A stretch of DNA of 64,000 nt from Felis catus (taxonomy: Eukaryota). Below are positions 1 through 20,779 of the stretch, in pieces. The stretch covers positions 9,302,001 through 9,366,000 of the forward strand of contig NC_058369.1 of NCBI RefSeq assembly GCF_018350175.1. The letters are read 5' to 3'. Under the pieces are notes generated by a model. That model had not been told where the DNA came from. It did not search any database and worked only from the letters and a program-made list of their open reading frames with translations. Made by a program: the position numbers and the translations under genes. Numbering within the stretch: the first letter of the stretch is position 1; every line of letters starts with the position of its first letter.

Positions 1-7383
<7,383 letters not shown>

Positions 7384-7633
7384 CCGCGGGAGCCTCTCCC
7401 TGCCAAGCCTGGTTTGGGGGGGACGGGGGAGGGCACAGGAAGAGCATCAGGGAGCTGCGTCCCCGGGCCAGGTGGCCTATACATCAGTAAAGATTAAGAC
7501 CCTGCGGCCTCGGTAAGCTGACACTACACCCCATCTTCGGAGTACCGGCCCCTGAGAAGCCAGGGGCCAGAAGCCCTCTAGCGGGCCCGACACTGGCCTG
7601 GATCCCTCCCCGCGTCGCCCACGTCCTTCTCAC

Positions 7634-7820
7634 CTTCGCTCCCGGCGTCCAGGACCGTATTAGCCTGGGTGCACGTTTCCCGGATTAGGACCTGGGCGTC
7701 GCCATGTTGGCACAGTGGGAGGGCAGGTCACATGATAGAATTTAGCCAGTCAGTGATGCTACCTACAGTGGGTGGCCGGGATCAAAATGTACGGCGGAAA
7801 GCTCGGAAAGTGTAGTGTGG
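7634..7820 (-). promoter_or_regulatory. TRMT1: TRMT1 probable non-coding exon 1 and core promoter
   Basis: AG|GTGAGA donor at 7633; YY1-type CAACATGGCG 7709-7700; ACTACACTTTCC (ZNF143/THAP11-like) near 7805-7816; CpG-rich. Confidence 0.6.
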
Positions 7821-8699
7821 ATAGCCTTAATCACGTCGGCTCCCCTGGGAGGGGACGCATCACTCGCCCCATTTCACGGATGAGGAAGGTGAGGCTCAGA
7901 AAAGGGGCGGTAAGCGGAGAAATTCAACATCTCCTGATCGGCTTCTGTGCACTGAGCGCTGTAAGCACATTATTTCAGGGCACTCTGCAGGAATAATTAA
8001 GGCTCTGAAATCAGATTTACTGAGTTTGAATCCCAGTCCTATCACATGGTCTTGGCAAGTTACTTAAACTCTCTGGGCTTCACTTTCCTTACCTGTTAAA
8101 TAGGAATGCTAACTTCCAATATAGAGCAAAAATTAAGGGACAGAATGCCTGGAAAGTGTGCAAAGCATCCCCTCTTACGTAGTAAGTTCTCGGGAGGTTC
8201 TAACCGTGTAGGACGGGAGGGGAGCATAGTGGCCTGCACTGCCTGGATTCCAGTCCCAGCTAGCCTTGCTACTTGTTCTTGTCTCCATCTATGCTTAAGT
8301 TTGCCCATTTGCAAAATGGACATCACTTTTTAACGTTCGTTGTTGTGTTGTGGTGAGTTTTAAACGACTTAGTGCAGGTTAAATGCTTAGAACAGAATCA
8401 GGTGTGGCATAAACATGAAAGCATTAATTTCATCGTCGATTCTTGATTCGGGGTTTGAATCCTGGCACCCTCCATCACGTACTTGCTGGTAATCTTCAGT
8501 AGGTATTTTTCATTTCTGTGTGCCTCTCTTTCTATGAAGGGTGTATAAGTGTGTAGTCATTTCTACTTAAAAATGTTACTGTGGCGTTTAAAGAGATAAT
8601 GCCCATTAAGTGCCTAAAACAGTGCCAGGCACGATAAATAGAAGTCATTGTTGTTTTCGTTTTACAGGAAACGAATGATCGAAAAGGCGAAGAGACTTG

Positions 8700-9700
8700 T
8701 CCAAGGTCGCGGAACTAGGAAGTGGCGGGGTCGGGAGACGAATTCTCCGGCAGATCAAGGAACAGGCGGGGGACCCTGAGGGGCGAAGGGAGAAAACCGA
8801 GGTGAGAAGGGGCGCGCTCGGCGCTCAGCTGGCCTCGCCTCGGGGGCGGGGCCGGAGGCGGGCAGGGGGCGGGGCCGCGGCCGCTCCTCCCCGGCCGGGT
8901 TGCGGCGGCGGCGCGGCTTGCGCTCGCTCGGCGCTCGGCTGGGGCGGCCTGGCCCACAATGAATGGCCGCCGCGGCTGCCGCTGCTGCTGAGGCGGAGGC
9001 CGCGGAGGCCGCGGAGGCGGAGGCCGAGGCCCCGGCGCAGGGGGGCGCGCCCCGGGCCCAGGCCCGGCCCCAGCCGCCGCTGCGGAGCCCGCTGGGAGCC
9101 CCCGGAGCGCGGCCACGGCGCAGGTGAGGCGGCCCGCCCCAGGCCCGGTTCCGGCCTCCTCTCTCCGGGGCGGCCCGAGGGCATCCGAGGGCCGGCTGAG
9201 GGCTGAGCGGGGAGGGCCGGGGGGGCCTCCTCCGACAGAAAAGGAACCGGGTCCGCAGCCTGCACTCTGCCGGGCCGGCGAGTGCGGAGAGGCCCGGCCC
9301 TCACGAGCGGCCTTGAGTGTCCAGTCCCGGGCCGGGCCGTGGGGCTTGGGGGTGGCGGGATCGGGCCCAGACCAACCCCCCCCCCCTCACTCTCGGCGAC
9401 TGGGGGGGCTCGGAGCTGTGCCCGGGCAGGTGCCGGAGGCCCGGGAAGTTGGAAGGCCGGAGGAAGAAAAGTGAGGAGGCGTCCGGGGAGGCCGAGGCGG
9501 GGGGGGGGGGGGGGGGGGGGAGGGGGGAGGAGTCGGGCTTTGGGCCGGCCGAGTGGGGGGAGGAGGGAGAGCGGCGCGGCCGGAGGGAAAGGGCCCGGAG
9601 GGGGGGGGGGGCGGGGAGGGGCCGACCTGCAGGTAGTGTCCGGGCGCCGGAGGAGGTGGGTGGGTCAGGTTACAGGCCTGGGGGCGGCTGAGGAGAAGCC
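8700..9700 (+). promoter_or_regulatory. NACC1: NACC1 CpG-island promoter and non-coding exon 1 (ends 9123)
   Basis: Very high GC/CpG, GC boxes (GGGGCGGGG), Ets GGAAGT near 8718, CAG|GTGAGG donor at 9123/9124. Confidence 0.85.
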
Positions 9701-12700
9701 CAGGAAGTGGGGCAGGGTGGGTGTGGGCGGAGTTAGTTCGGGTGGGGGCGGATAGGAGATCCCAGAGATGTTTGCAGGGGTCATATGAGGTTAGGGCTTG
9801 GAGAGATGCGCGGGGCGGGGGAAGGCCAGATCCGGGGGCCATCAGGTAGGTTGAGGAACTACTGTAGGAGATCGGGGAGGGGGGGGGGGAACAGCGCCTT
9901 TGGGCTCGGCTAGTGGAGACACGGGGCGTCCCGAGAAACTAGTGCGATCCAAAGGCACACGCCACCCCTTCCCCCACCAGGTGTTCGCTCCGGGCCAGAC
10001 CTGGGCTGTGCCCTCTTTTCCTCATCCCTCTCGGGCTCTGGGTCCCCGACCTACCCTTGGAGCAAGCCTCTGCTGGCTCTTCCAAAGCGCTGGCCCACCG
10101 GGTGGGTGTTGGTGTGGAGAGCTTGGGGAAGTCCGCAACACCTAGCTGGGCATGTATATCTGCCGGGAGGCCGCCCACCTGCCCTTACCTGAGTATCCTG
10201 GGATGCTAGATTCTTTCCCCACTTTTTGTGAGCAGAGCCTCGGGGCTCCAGCCCAGGCCATGGGACCTCGCAGCCACCCACCATCTTATACCATGGCCTC
10301 CCAGGCACCAGCTCCCCGGGGGTGAAGGACTGGGAGGGGAGCGAATAAAGCTCTGCTCGTCGGGTCTTGGAGGCTCCTGATGATACCAAGTCTGGTGTCT
10401 ACACCCTGGCCCAGGCCTTTGGGTCTCTTGGCCCCGGGGCTCTGCCTGTGAGGTGCCCTCTGGGGCCAGGCCCCGGGATGAGCTCGGTGGTTGCCGGCCC
10501 ACCACTGGATCCGCTTCCGCCTTCTCCATGATGGGAGGAAGCTCAGGCTTCGGGTGGCTTGCTCCAGGCCACACAGCTAGACAGTGGCAGATTGGGACTG
10601 ACGGGCCCTCGGCTCAAACCCACAGTCTGAGCTTTGAGGGCCATGGCTGGAGGAGCTCCGCTGTTGGGATTCCCTGGCGGGGCTTCTGTGCCCGGGCCTT
10701 TCCTCTTGGCCCTCCCAAGGAATGGACCGGTGCCCTTGCGGACAGAGTTTTCCTGGCGTTCCAGGGGCGGGAACAGTGGAAGCGTCTTTCTCAGGGGCCT
10801 GGTCACACCTCATCCCCCGGCTCCCTTCTGGGAGCCCAGAGGTCAGGGGTCGCGGAACTGTGGGCTGGCTCGGGGAGGCAGTTTCGAGGACGGAGCCTGG
10901 CTCCAGAGCTGCATGGAGCTCTGCTTGCCTGGTTTGTCTTTTTCCCCCTCTTTGGTTCCCGGTCAGACGTCCACAGCGTTGGTTGCTCTCTCTGGGCTAA
11001 TTGTTACCAGTGTGTTCTGGGATCTTCCACACCTGAGGCAAGAGCCACAAACTGCTGGGTCGAGTGGTTATCAGCTGGGCCTGGGCTTAATGATGGGTTG
11101 TCACCCTCCTTCCCTGCCTTCCCCCAGTCGGCCTGTAGTTCCTCGAACCCATCCCACCTGGGCCCTGCCCTCCTCTCCCTGGCTAGCCTCCTGGTCCTGG
11201 GAGCGGGAGGAACTGGGCCGGCAGCCCCACTTAAAGGTGCCTTTTCCCTGTCTGGTTGGGCCGAGGCTGGCTGCTGTGGCACAGACTGGGGCTCAGGGCT
11301 GGGTACTGAGGCCGGGGGTGGCTACCTCTGGTCACGTGGCTGGAATGGGGCCAGCGACTGGTGGGGGCTGGCCGTGGTGTGTGGATGGCAGACGAGGGCA
11401 GTGGCTCTGAGCTGCCTCTGGAGCTAGAGGAGAAGGTGCTCAAAGGCTGCTTTTCTGTGCGGACTTCGGGGCACACAGTCCTGGGGTGCCAGAGGAGGCC
11501 AAACTAGCAAGTACAACAAGTAAGGGGACCCTTGGGACAGTTTTATTTCACTAGGGTGTCGACTGCCTGCTAGGGGTGGGGGTGGGGGAACAGCCTTGAA
11601 TAACAGATCCGGTGGGGGGGGGGGGGGACAGTGGAGAATTTCAAATTGGGTGGTCAGGCACGGCTTGTGGGAGAGCTGAGCCCTGAATAAGAAGAAATCG
11701 GCCTGGTGAGGGAAGCTGGGGCAGGGGAGGAGCGAATGTTCTGGGCAGAGGGGACAGCACATTGAAAGCCTTTATTGAGCATGTGCCAGCCTCCTGCTAA
11801 GTACTCTAAATATCTTGTCCTCGTGAGGGAAGGAGTGAGGGGGGTGACCCCAGTGTGGAAATGAAGACCCTTAGTGCCATTTACAGAAAAGCACCCGGGT
11901 CGCAGGGTCTCCTGGATCTCCCCGCTGCCCCCAGATGAAAGTCCAGACCCCTTGGCCTGCCTCCAGGCCTTTTAAAGTCTGGCCAGCCAGTGGGGAGCCC
12001 CAGCGAGCAAGGCTGTGAGGACAGCTGAGTTTTTGTCAGTCTTGCAGGATCTGTCGTTGGGGTCAGCCTGCAGGCGCGGGTTTGAAGAGGGTTGGGGGTT
12101 GGTCCAGCCAGGTTGACTCGGAGTTCATCAGTGTCAGTGCCAGAGCAGGTTGATGGAGAAGGGAGCCTGTGTTCGAGGCGATGACGAGCCCCCCTGGGCT
12201 TGAAGACGAGGCGGCGCTGCCTGAACAGCCTGTGCTCCCTCTTGGGGTCCTCCCGGCTCCTCATCACCCCGATCCCTTTCCTCCTTCCCCAGGCCCTCGG
12301 CGCCCATTGTGCCTGGCAGGGGTGTGCGGGGCAGGCCCGTCTCCCTGCCTCTGCTCTCTGGGTCCCCCCTGGAGAGCCCCCCGAGCTGCAGCTTGCAGCT
12401 GCAGTGAAGTGAATCCGGTCTGGTGGCTGGCTGTTAGAGGTTGTGCCCAGTGCCTGCCTGTGGTCACCGTCCCATCTCTCCTGTGCTGCCTCCTTTGGTG
12501 AAGGTCTCCGCATCCTTCGAGACCCAAGGGCCCTCTGTGAGGACTGTGACTCTTTTCTGAATTAGGCGGAGGGTGGCTGAAGGTGAGCAACCACGGTCTA
12601 GTGGAGAGTCTGATTCCATCAGCGCCATCCTCCTCAGCCGTGAGACCCTGGGCAAAGGTTGCGACCTCGGGCACCTCCCGTGTCCTCCTCTGATGAGTGG

Positions 12701-12725
12701 GGACAAGCCGGCTTGCCTGTGCAGC

Positions 12726-12945
12726 AGTGGTTCTCAATGAGGAATGATTCTGCCTCCTCTTAAGGGGTGTTTGGGAAATGTCTGGAGACGTGTTTGGTGG
12801 TCACAGCTGGGGCTGGTACTGGCCTCTAGTGAGCGTAGAGGTCCGGAATGCTGCTCAACATCGTACGTAATGTATAGGGTGGTCCGTCCGTCCCCCCCCC
12901 CCGCAAAGAGTGATCTGGTCCCAGTGGCCACAAGGTCGGGGCATC
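12726..12945 (+). mobile_element. MER20-like hAT element
   Basis: CAGTGGTTCTCAA...GGAAATGTCTGGAGAC...GGTCACAGCTGGG pattern. Confidence 0.7.
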
Positions 12946-15714
12946 CTCACTGTGTTGTTACCATGAGGAGCACAGAGATTGGTGTCTGGAGTGTTTGATG
13001 ATGCTGTGAAGGCACTGGGGCAGGGAGGGAGCCCTCAGCAAGTACTGCTCGATTAATCATGAAATGGCATAAGGTTCTGGGGCTGTAGGACGTGGCCGCT
13101 GCTGTCAGAGACCTTACAGCCCTGCGAAGGGCTTAGGGGGAGGAACAGAGGGGACGTGGCTAATAACAGCTGGTGTTACCGGGTCCCGGACTCAGGGTAA
13201 GCACCAGTCTGCCTGCATTGCTTGCTGGTTCAGTCCTCGGAATGGCCGCCGGAGGTGGCTGCTGCTGTTGGCCCCTTTTCGAGTTGGGAAGACTGATGTC
13301 AGGCTGTCAGCGCCGCTACAGGGAGATGTTTTCTGGCGGTGTAGAGGAAGGGAAGCACAATTCTAAGCAGGAAGCTTTGCGCTTTGTGTAAAATAACAAG
13401 ATTGGTATTCTTAAGCCCTGCCAAGGTCCTGCGTCGCCTTCCAAGCCCGTTTTGACAGGCCCCTTCCCAGGAACCACCTGCCCTCCAGGCCTCCAGGCCT
13501 CCTGCCTTAGCTACACCAGCCTCACCTCAGGGCCTTAGCATGCGACCCTCCCTCCACGACCCTTTGTGTGCCTGCCACCACCTCCTCCTTCAAGTTTGAA
13601 GGCACACAGGGATTAGGGTGTAACTCCGAAAGGTGGGCTTGGGGTGGGGGGTAGGGCTGCTGCCCGGCTCCTTGTAGGAGCTGCTGCTGTGGGCGGAGGA
13701 AGGGAGAGTGGGAGGAGAGAGGGAGACCCTGGGGCAAGGGGGGGACTGGACTGCTCCTTTCCCAGAGGCGGCAGGGGGGAAGGGGAGGGAGTAGCTGGGG
13801 GAGGCTGGGCAAAGGAGAAGGCCTCCTGTAGGGGAGGCAGGAACGGCACGCAGCCTGGCCCTCAGAGGGCAACCGAGATCCCATTGATGGAGAAGACATA
13901 CCCAGTGAAGATAAAGAGCCCCAGCTCTGGCCTCTCTGAGTCCCAGTTTTCCCATCCATGGGATGGGTCTAGTCACGGTGGCCTGCGTGCCTCGGGGAGC
14001 GATGGGACCACGTGGGGGACGAGCTTGGCATGGGCCAGCCGTGGTGAGGAAGCCTCAGCCACTGTTACCTCCGATTCTGGGACAGGAGCCAGAGGGCCTG
14101 GGCGCAATTCTGGGCCTTGCTCTCTACGCCCGGAAAATGGCGGGAAGAGTTGTTTCTTCCTCAGAAACCAGAGAGAGAAGTGTAACAGAGCCCTTGCCCT
14201 GTGCAGGTGCACAGTAGGGGCAGTGTAAATGCTACTTGCCAGCTAATGCCCTGTCACAATCCCGTCACCCACTGTGGATATCATGGCCACTTTTTTTGTG
14301 GGGGGGGGGGGGGATGTGCACCTACTTTAAAAATGCCAACAGTAGGGGGGTGCCTCGCTGGCTCAGTCGGAAAAGCCTGCGACTCTTCATCTTGGGGTTG
14401 TGAGTTCAAGCCCCGTGTTGGGTGTAGGGATTACTAAAAAAATAATAATAAAGTCCTTTTTTTTTTTTTTTTTTTTTTAAATGCCAGCAGTGGAGATCTG
14501 TACAGTCAGGTAACACTTTGTTCTTCGTTAGCAAATGTTTGCCTCAGCTGCTTTGCAGTTGGCGCCTACTGAGGGTCAGAATGGCTCTGGGCCAGGAGGG
14601 CTGCTCTGGCAGCCTGGGGGTGTATCCCCTCCCCCCACCTTACTCTGACCTCCTGCTGAGCTGCTTGAAGTCCTGTGGGGCTTAACACGGGCCTCCGGTC
14701 CTTTCACTTGGGGCTGGTGGTTTCCCTGAACTGGCTTGCACTGCATCGGGCAGCTCACAGCTTCCCTGGAAAGTCGGCCGGGAAGACAGACAGTCCGTCC
14801 CTGGTGATGGCGCACATCCGTACCCCTCGCTTGTGCTGCCTGGGGAGTTTGGAGCGCCCTTTCCAAATCCCTGCCAGTTCCCACTCCCAGGAGTCGCCCC
14901 GCCACCCAAGCGCTTGCAGTTCAAGCCTGCCGCACCCCGGCACGATCAGGCAGTAGTGCGAGCAGTTGGTGGGAATCCGAAATGCAGTGACACTGAGCTC
15001 CGAGCGGGACCCTGACTGCAGGCCACCCGCCTGGTGCGGCTGCCCGAGGGGGGCACCGGTCTGCGCGGCACCCTCCACGCTGGCCCTGGGGGCTCCCACC
15101 CTGTGTGGGTCACATCCACGTGGAACAAAAAGGGGAGTTAGGTTGGAAGTAACGGGAATAATTTTTCATTCCACAAACAACTATTGAGCACCCACTGTGT
15201 ACCTGTCTGGTCCTAGGGGGCAGCGAACACTGCAGTATAAACCGGATAGGCAGGCATCTTGCCCTGGTGGAACTGACACAAAGCCGAGGACGCGTCCAGC
15301 TAGCTAGATGGTAGGAAGCACCAAGGAGGAAAAACCAAGCAGGAGAAGCGAAGGAATTGGGGTTGGGAGAGCTTCTGTCTTTGGGAGTTTGAGATAAGTG
15401 ACTGGGCAGGTGTGACGAGCTGTGGCCATCTCGGGGACAGCATCCTAGGAAGTCCCAAGAGCAGGTGGTGAGAACAGGTTTTGAAAGAGTTTGGGGGTCA
15501 GATCAGGGTGTTGGCCTGAGCAAGGAAGGCTGGAGCTGGTGAGAGCTTTGGCCGGCGGGCTTGGGGGTGTGGGGAGGGGTTTGGCCGCAGGCACGTCGAG
15601 TTAGTACTGGGGACATATACACGTCTGGCACCCACAGGGAGCCCAGGACAGGGGCTCCACGGGGGAGTTGTAGGCGAGAGGACGCTACTTCAAGCCTGTC
15701 TTGAGCCAGCTTGC

Positions 15715-15995
15715 CAGCACAACGCGCCAGAGACGGGGTGGCCGAAACAACAGACATGGCTCCCACTTCTGGAGCCTGGAAGTCCAAGACCAGATGTGCC
15801 CACACGACCTTGGTGTGTGTCCTTACGGAGAGAGAAATCTCCCCCTTCTCTAAGACTCACCGGTCCTAGCAGATCAGGGCTCCCACCCTTAGGCCCTTGT
15901 TTAATCTTAATTACCTCCTAAAGACTGCATCTCCAAATACAGACGTGTTGGGGGGTAAGAGTTCAACCCACGAATTGGGGCGAGGAGGCACAGTT
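15715..15995. mobile_element. MLT1-like MaLR LTR remnant
   Basis: AACAACAGACAT...TTCTGGAGCCTGGAAGTCCAAGA...TTTAATCTTAATTACCTCC. Confidence 0.65.
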
Positions 15996-18900
15996 GGGTC
16001 CAGAGCAGAGCCCTCGGTCTGGGTTCAATCCCTGGGAAGAGAGAAACTAACCAAGGATTGGGCCCAGCACCAGCCTTCATTTACCTTCACTTTCTGGAAG
16101 GACTGTGCCTGCTTCTCTCTCAGGACTCTGCAAGGTCTCCCTGTACGTCGAGGGCTATGCTCCCATTCCACCGCCGCCTCGTTCTATCTGCCCCCCCCAC
16201 CCCCCGTCCCCGCTCCAATATGTCAGCTGTAATGTTAGAGGCCCACACATGCGGCACGTTGATCTGTGGAACTCTGGATGTAAGACCACGTTCCCTGTTG
16301 GACCATGAGCCCTGGAGGCAGGCCTTGTCTCGCTCATGGCCTGCCCCGGGCTCCCAGGCACTTCATGCCCCAGGCAGGCGCTTGGCAAATATTTGTTGAG
16401 TGACTTGGGAGGTCATGGAAACGGAGTGCTGGGCCCTTGCATCTCACTGGGAGACCTGCTCGTGTTTGGGGCCAGGACACTAGCGATGCTGGGAGGGTCC
16501 CTTTGGCCCTGCGTAGGGCTGGGAGCCGCCTCTTCCTTCGAGGGCAGTCTGGGGACCCCAGAAGATGGGCAGGCTAATATGCCACATTGTGAGGTCTTCT
16601 GCCCTTAAGGATTCTCTAGTCGAGTGGGATTTAGTTTTTCTCAGAGGTAAGCATTAGGGCTCTGCGTGTGGGAGCCGGGGAGAGTGTGCAGAAGAAGGGC
16701 ATCTTCTCCAGTCTGGAGAATTCTCAGAGCCAGGGGGTAACAGTGGGAGAGGAAGATGTGGGCAGTGGGAGGAAAAGGGTTCTCCCGGCAGGGGGCACAG
16801 CCGGGACAGACGCCTGGCGCGGGTGGGAGAGCCATGCAGTGTGCTTGGCAGGGACAGGACTGCTGGGTGGTTGAGAAACCCCCGACTCTTGACTCCATCA
16901 CCACTGCCTAGGCAGCAGGTACTATAGACCTGTTTTCTGGGAGCCCGTCGTGCTCCACGGTCCCTCCCCTCACAGGGCTAGTGTGGCTAAGGGGCTTCCG
17001 GGAGAGCCAGGACAGCCGTTCTTTCTGAGTCCAGAGGACTGGATTGGGGCATTTGCCCAGGGAGGGAAGGAGGGGAGCCTGGGGGTGACCTGTCCTATGC
17101 TTCTAAAGCCAGCCAAGCCCTCGCCTTTCGCTGCCCTTGCAGGGACAGCAAGGCCACATGGGGTCTCTGCATCTCAAGCCCTGCCACCCCACTCCCCTGC
17201 ACCGTGGAGGGGGTTCCTGCGCATTGACTGGTTGAGCCGTTGGCACTGATTGCCTCCCCCCGCCAGATGGTTAAGGCGTCAGAGCCCTGGGTGCCGGGCT
17301 GTGAGGCTGGGGTTCACAAGGCCTGGGGGACCCCAGCCTGAATGCCAGGTTGGCTCTCGCCTTTGGGAGCGCCTCCCTGTGCGTGTTCCCGCTGTCGCCC
17401 CAGGGACCTCGGCACACGTTGCTGAGCTTTCCCCGAGCTGAGCTGCCATCCGGTGCCGGTTCCCGGTGAGGGGTCAGGCCCTCAAGCCCGGCCGCCTCGG
17501 GAGGGGCAGGGCCGCGCTTCAGTCCTCACCTGTGAAGCGGGGCGGTCCTTGTGCCCTTAGCAGCAACTGGCACACCAGCACAGTTAGGAGAGCCCCCCAG
17601 AATTTCTTCTGCAGCACCTCCCCCAGCAGCTGCCACGTCCCAGACTGGAGGCATTTATTCTTGCCTTGGTGCTCCCTCCTCCTAGCCACTCACTCCTGAG
17701 CCTGACTGTCCTCTCTCTGTGGCTGCCCCACTGCCACTTGCCCCACCACTGGCCCAGCCCTCAGTGTCTCCCCTGTTTTGGTTGGGACTTCTCCCGAAGG
17801 CGGTCTGGGCCTGTGTCTCCCTTGCTCCAAGCTTCCCGCTGCTCCCGCGGAAACACTTCCCCTCGCCAGACCAGGGCCCCCCGTCCCACCCTTTCCCAGC
17901 AGCCCTGCTGCCCCTGCACTCGCCTGAAGCCGCCGCTGGCCTCCTGGGGTCTTCTGCCTGCACCTCACTCCTTCCTGCCCGAGACTTGGTGGCCCTCTGT
18001 CCCCTGTCTTCACCTCACTCCCAGAGTCAGCCCAGCCCCTCTGACACACTCACCCCGGCGGTAAATGTGTCACTCCCGGTGTCTTCCCGCTAGACAACTG
18101 CACATGGAAATAGCCAGTCTCCTTCAGGGCTGTGTCCCTCGCGCCTTGCAGTTTATCAGGGTGGGTTGGACGAGTGAGTCTCCATTTTGCAGATGAACAA
18201 ACCAAGGCACAGAGGGGAGGGCCTGGCAGTGGAACCCAGGTCTGGGGTTGGACTCCACTGCAGGCCTCTCCTGCCTTGGTCCTTCCCCTTACCGTGAGAG
18301 CCTTCCCAACTGGGGGTCTAGTGATCCTGTCGAGGGAGCTGGCCTCACCCTTGACCCCCTTGGCTCTGGTCACTTGGGCCCCAGTACCTTGGGGTAGCTT
18401 CATTTTGGCAGCCTTGGGAATTGGGTTGGGGGTGCCAGGCCCCTGGAGCGGGCTCTCTGGGCTGCGTCCTTTGCCTCCACTTGGTGCCTCAGTTTCTCTT
18501 ATCCACACACAGAGGGCCAGCTCCTAGCCCATCTGCTATTGAGTTTGAACTCCTGAAGGAAGGTGCTGCCTTCTGACGGCGGAGTCCCTGTCTCCCCCCG
18601 GGATTGCCTTAAATTGTTTTTCCTGGGGGTGACAGTGATTTTGATGAGGACAAGGAAGCAGAGGGCATAGCTAAGGGAAATCACAAGTTTCAGTGCCCAC
18701 AGAGACCCTGATTTGAATCTTGTCCCTACTGTTTCCTCAGCGATGACCTTGAGACTGTTTTTAACATCCCCCCATGGCCTCAGTTTTCCCGTCTGAAAAT
18801 TGGGAGTATGAAATCAGCCCCGTGGGGTTGCTAAGAGGATTCAGAGAACTCCTGTAGGTCACCAACTGTCAGCTCTTGGGTGGCCCGGGTGCTGGGAGGG

Positions 18901-19857
18901 GCAGGGCCTGCCAGTGTCTCCCTCAGGGTCCATCACATGTAGCAGCCTAGTGAACGCACACTGGATTTGCACAGTCGGGTTGGCCTTAACCAACATCTGT
19001 TTCCAAATGGAGAAGCAGCGATTCGGAGTTCCTGCCTTCAGGAACAAGTTGGTTCTGGAGCCAGGACTTCCCGTGGGCACATGGCTGCTTCTGTTGTCCT
19101 CTTGGTTACCACAGTTCCACTGTGTCCCAGGGTTCAGCCCGTGGAGGCAGCTCAGAAGGGACTCGCTAGTGGATGAAAAATGTGAAAGAAGCAGGCGAGC
19201 TAATCTGAGAATGAGGGGAAACAGCTGGGGGCTCTAGTTGGTACCTGCCCCAGGGCCTTTGCACACCGACTTTCTTCCTTCTCACCAGCTGGACTCTTCT
19301 CATACTCACCCAGCCCATTCAGGACCACTGCCTTCTATAGTCCATAGAATTGCAGGGGACTCACTTTTACCATGGGCACAGTTATAAAGCCGCCTTGTCC
19401 TTCAATGCCCTTTTATGAGTGCCCTTAGAGTACTGGACATGCCCATCCCACCCCACCAGTTCTGGGTTGGAATGTGCTGGAATGTGCACTGATGGAATCG
19501 GCTGTGATGCAGAAGTTCCCATTTGAGAGGTGCCTGGGCCTCCCTGAGAAGGGCCACAGTTTCTTGAATTGGCATTTCTATCCCCCTCTAGCACTTTGGG
19601 GTTAATTTTCACCAATTAGATGTGTATGCTACGATTTCACACATTTTACGTCTTTTAAAATATTACCTATTTTTGTAAGTAGGTGTAATACGATCACCAG
19701 GTTCAAAATTCAAGACTCAGGAGTGTTCGTGGCAAGTTTCTCATGTCTTCTGCCCAGAAGAAACTGGTCCTGTGGATTCTTATTTCTTTATTTTAGCTTT
19801 ATTGAGATATACATACCATGAAGTTCATTTAAAGTGTACAACTCCATGGTTTTCACT

Positions 19858-20509
19858 ACAGGTGACCCTTGAACCGAGTTGAGATGGGGGGGGTGCAAAG
19901 TCGAAAGCCCATGCAAAATCTTTGACTCCCCCAAAACTTAACAGCCTACTGTTGGCCGGGAGCCTTACCGATAATGAAAACAGTCAATTAACACATACTT
20001 TGTATAAGTATTCTATACTATGTTCTTTTTTTTTTTTTCTTAGTGTTTATTTTATTTTTGAGAGAGAGACAGAGTGAGTCTGGGAGGTGCAGAGAGGGAG
20101 ACACAGAATCCAAAGCAGGCTCCACGCTCTGAGCTGTCAGCACAGAACCAGACGCGGGGGCTCAAACCCATGAACGGGAGATCATGACCTGAGCTGAAGT
20201 TGGACGCTTAACTGACTAAGCCACCTAGGCGGCCCTACTGTGTTCTTACGATAAAGTAAGCTAGAGAAAAAAAATGTTAACCAAGAAAATCATAAGGAAG
20301 GGGCACCTGGCTGGCTCTGTCAGAGGAGCATGCGACTCTTGATCTCTGGGTCATGAGTCTGAGCCCCACTACTTGGGCGTAGTGATTACTTAAAAGAAAA
20401 TAAAATCATAAGGCAGAGAAAATAACATCTATGGTACTGAACCGTATTGAAGAAATTCTGCGTATAAGTGGACCCACACAGTTCAGACCTATGTTATTCA
20501 AAGATCACA
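19858..20509. mobile_element. Tigger2-like MITE interrupted by two CAN-SINEs (20025-20235 minus; 20300-20400 plus)
   Basis: CAGGTGACCCTTGAAC start and GTGGACCCACACAGTTCAGACCTATGTTATTCAAAGATCA end resemble inverted termini. Confidence 0.65.
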
Positions 20510-20779
20510 ATTGCTTATTCAGAGTTGTGCACACATCACCACAATTTTAGCCCATTTTACATTTCGGCAAGAAGAAACACTGCATTCCTCTGCTCACCAC
20601 CCCCCCACCTTGCCAGCTCTGGATTTGCCTGTTTTGGAGATCTGTATACATGGGATCATGTAAGAGTGCCTGGCTGGCTCAGTCGGCAGCGCCCGCGACT
20701 CTTGATCTCAGTTTTGTGGATTCGAGCCCCACGTTGGGTGTAGAGATTACTTCTGATCTTTTAGCTAAATAAGTAAGTG

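Noticed and set aside
10453..11427. 324-aa ORF in NACC1 intron 1
   Set aside because: Non-ATG start, no recognisable homology or exon structure
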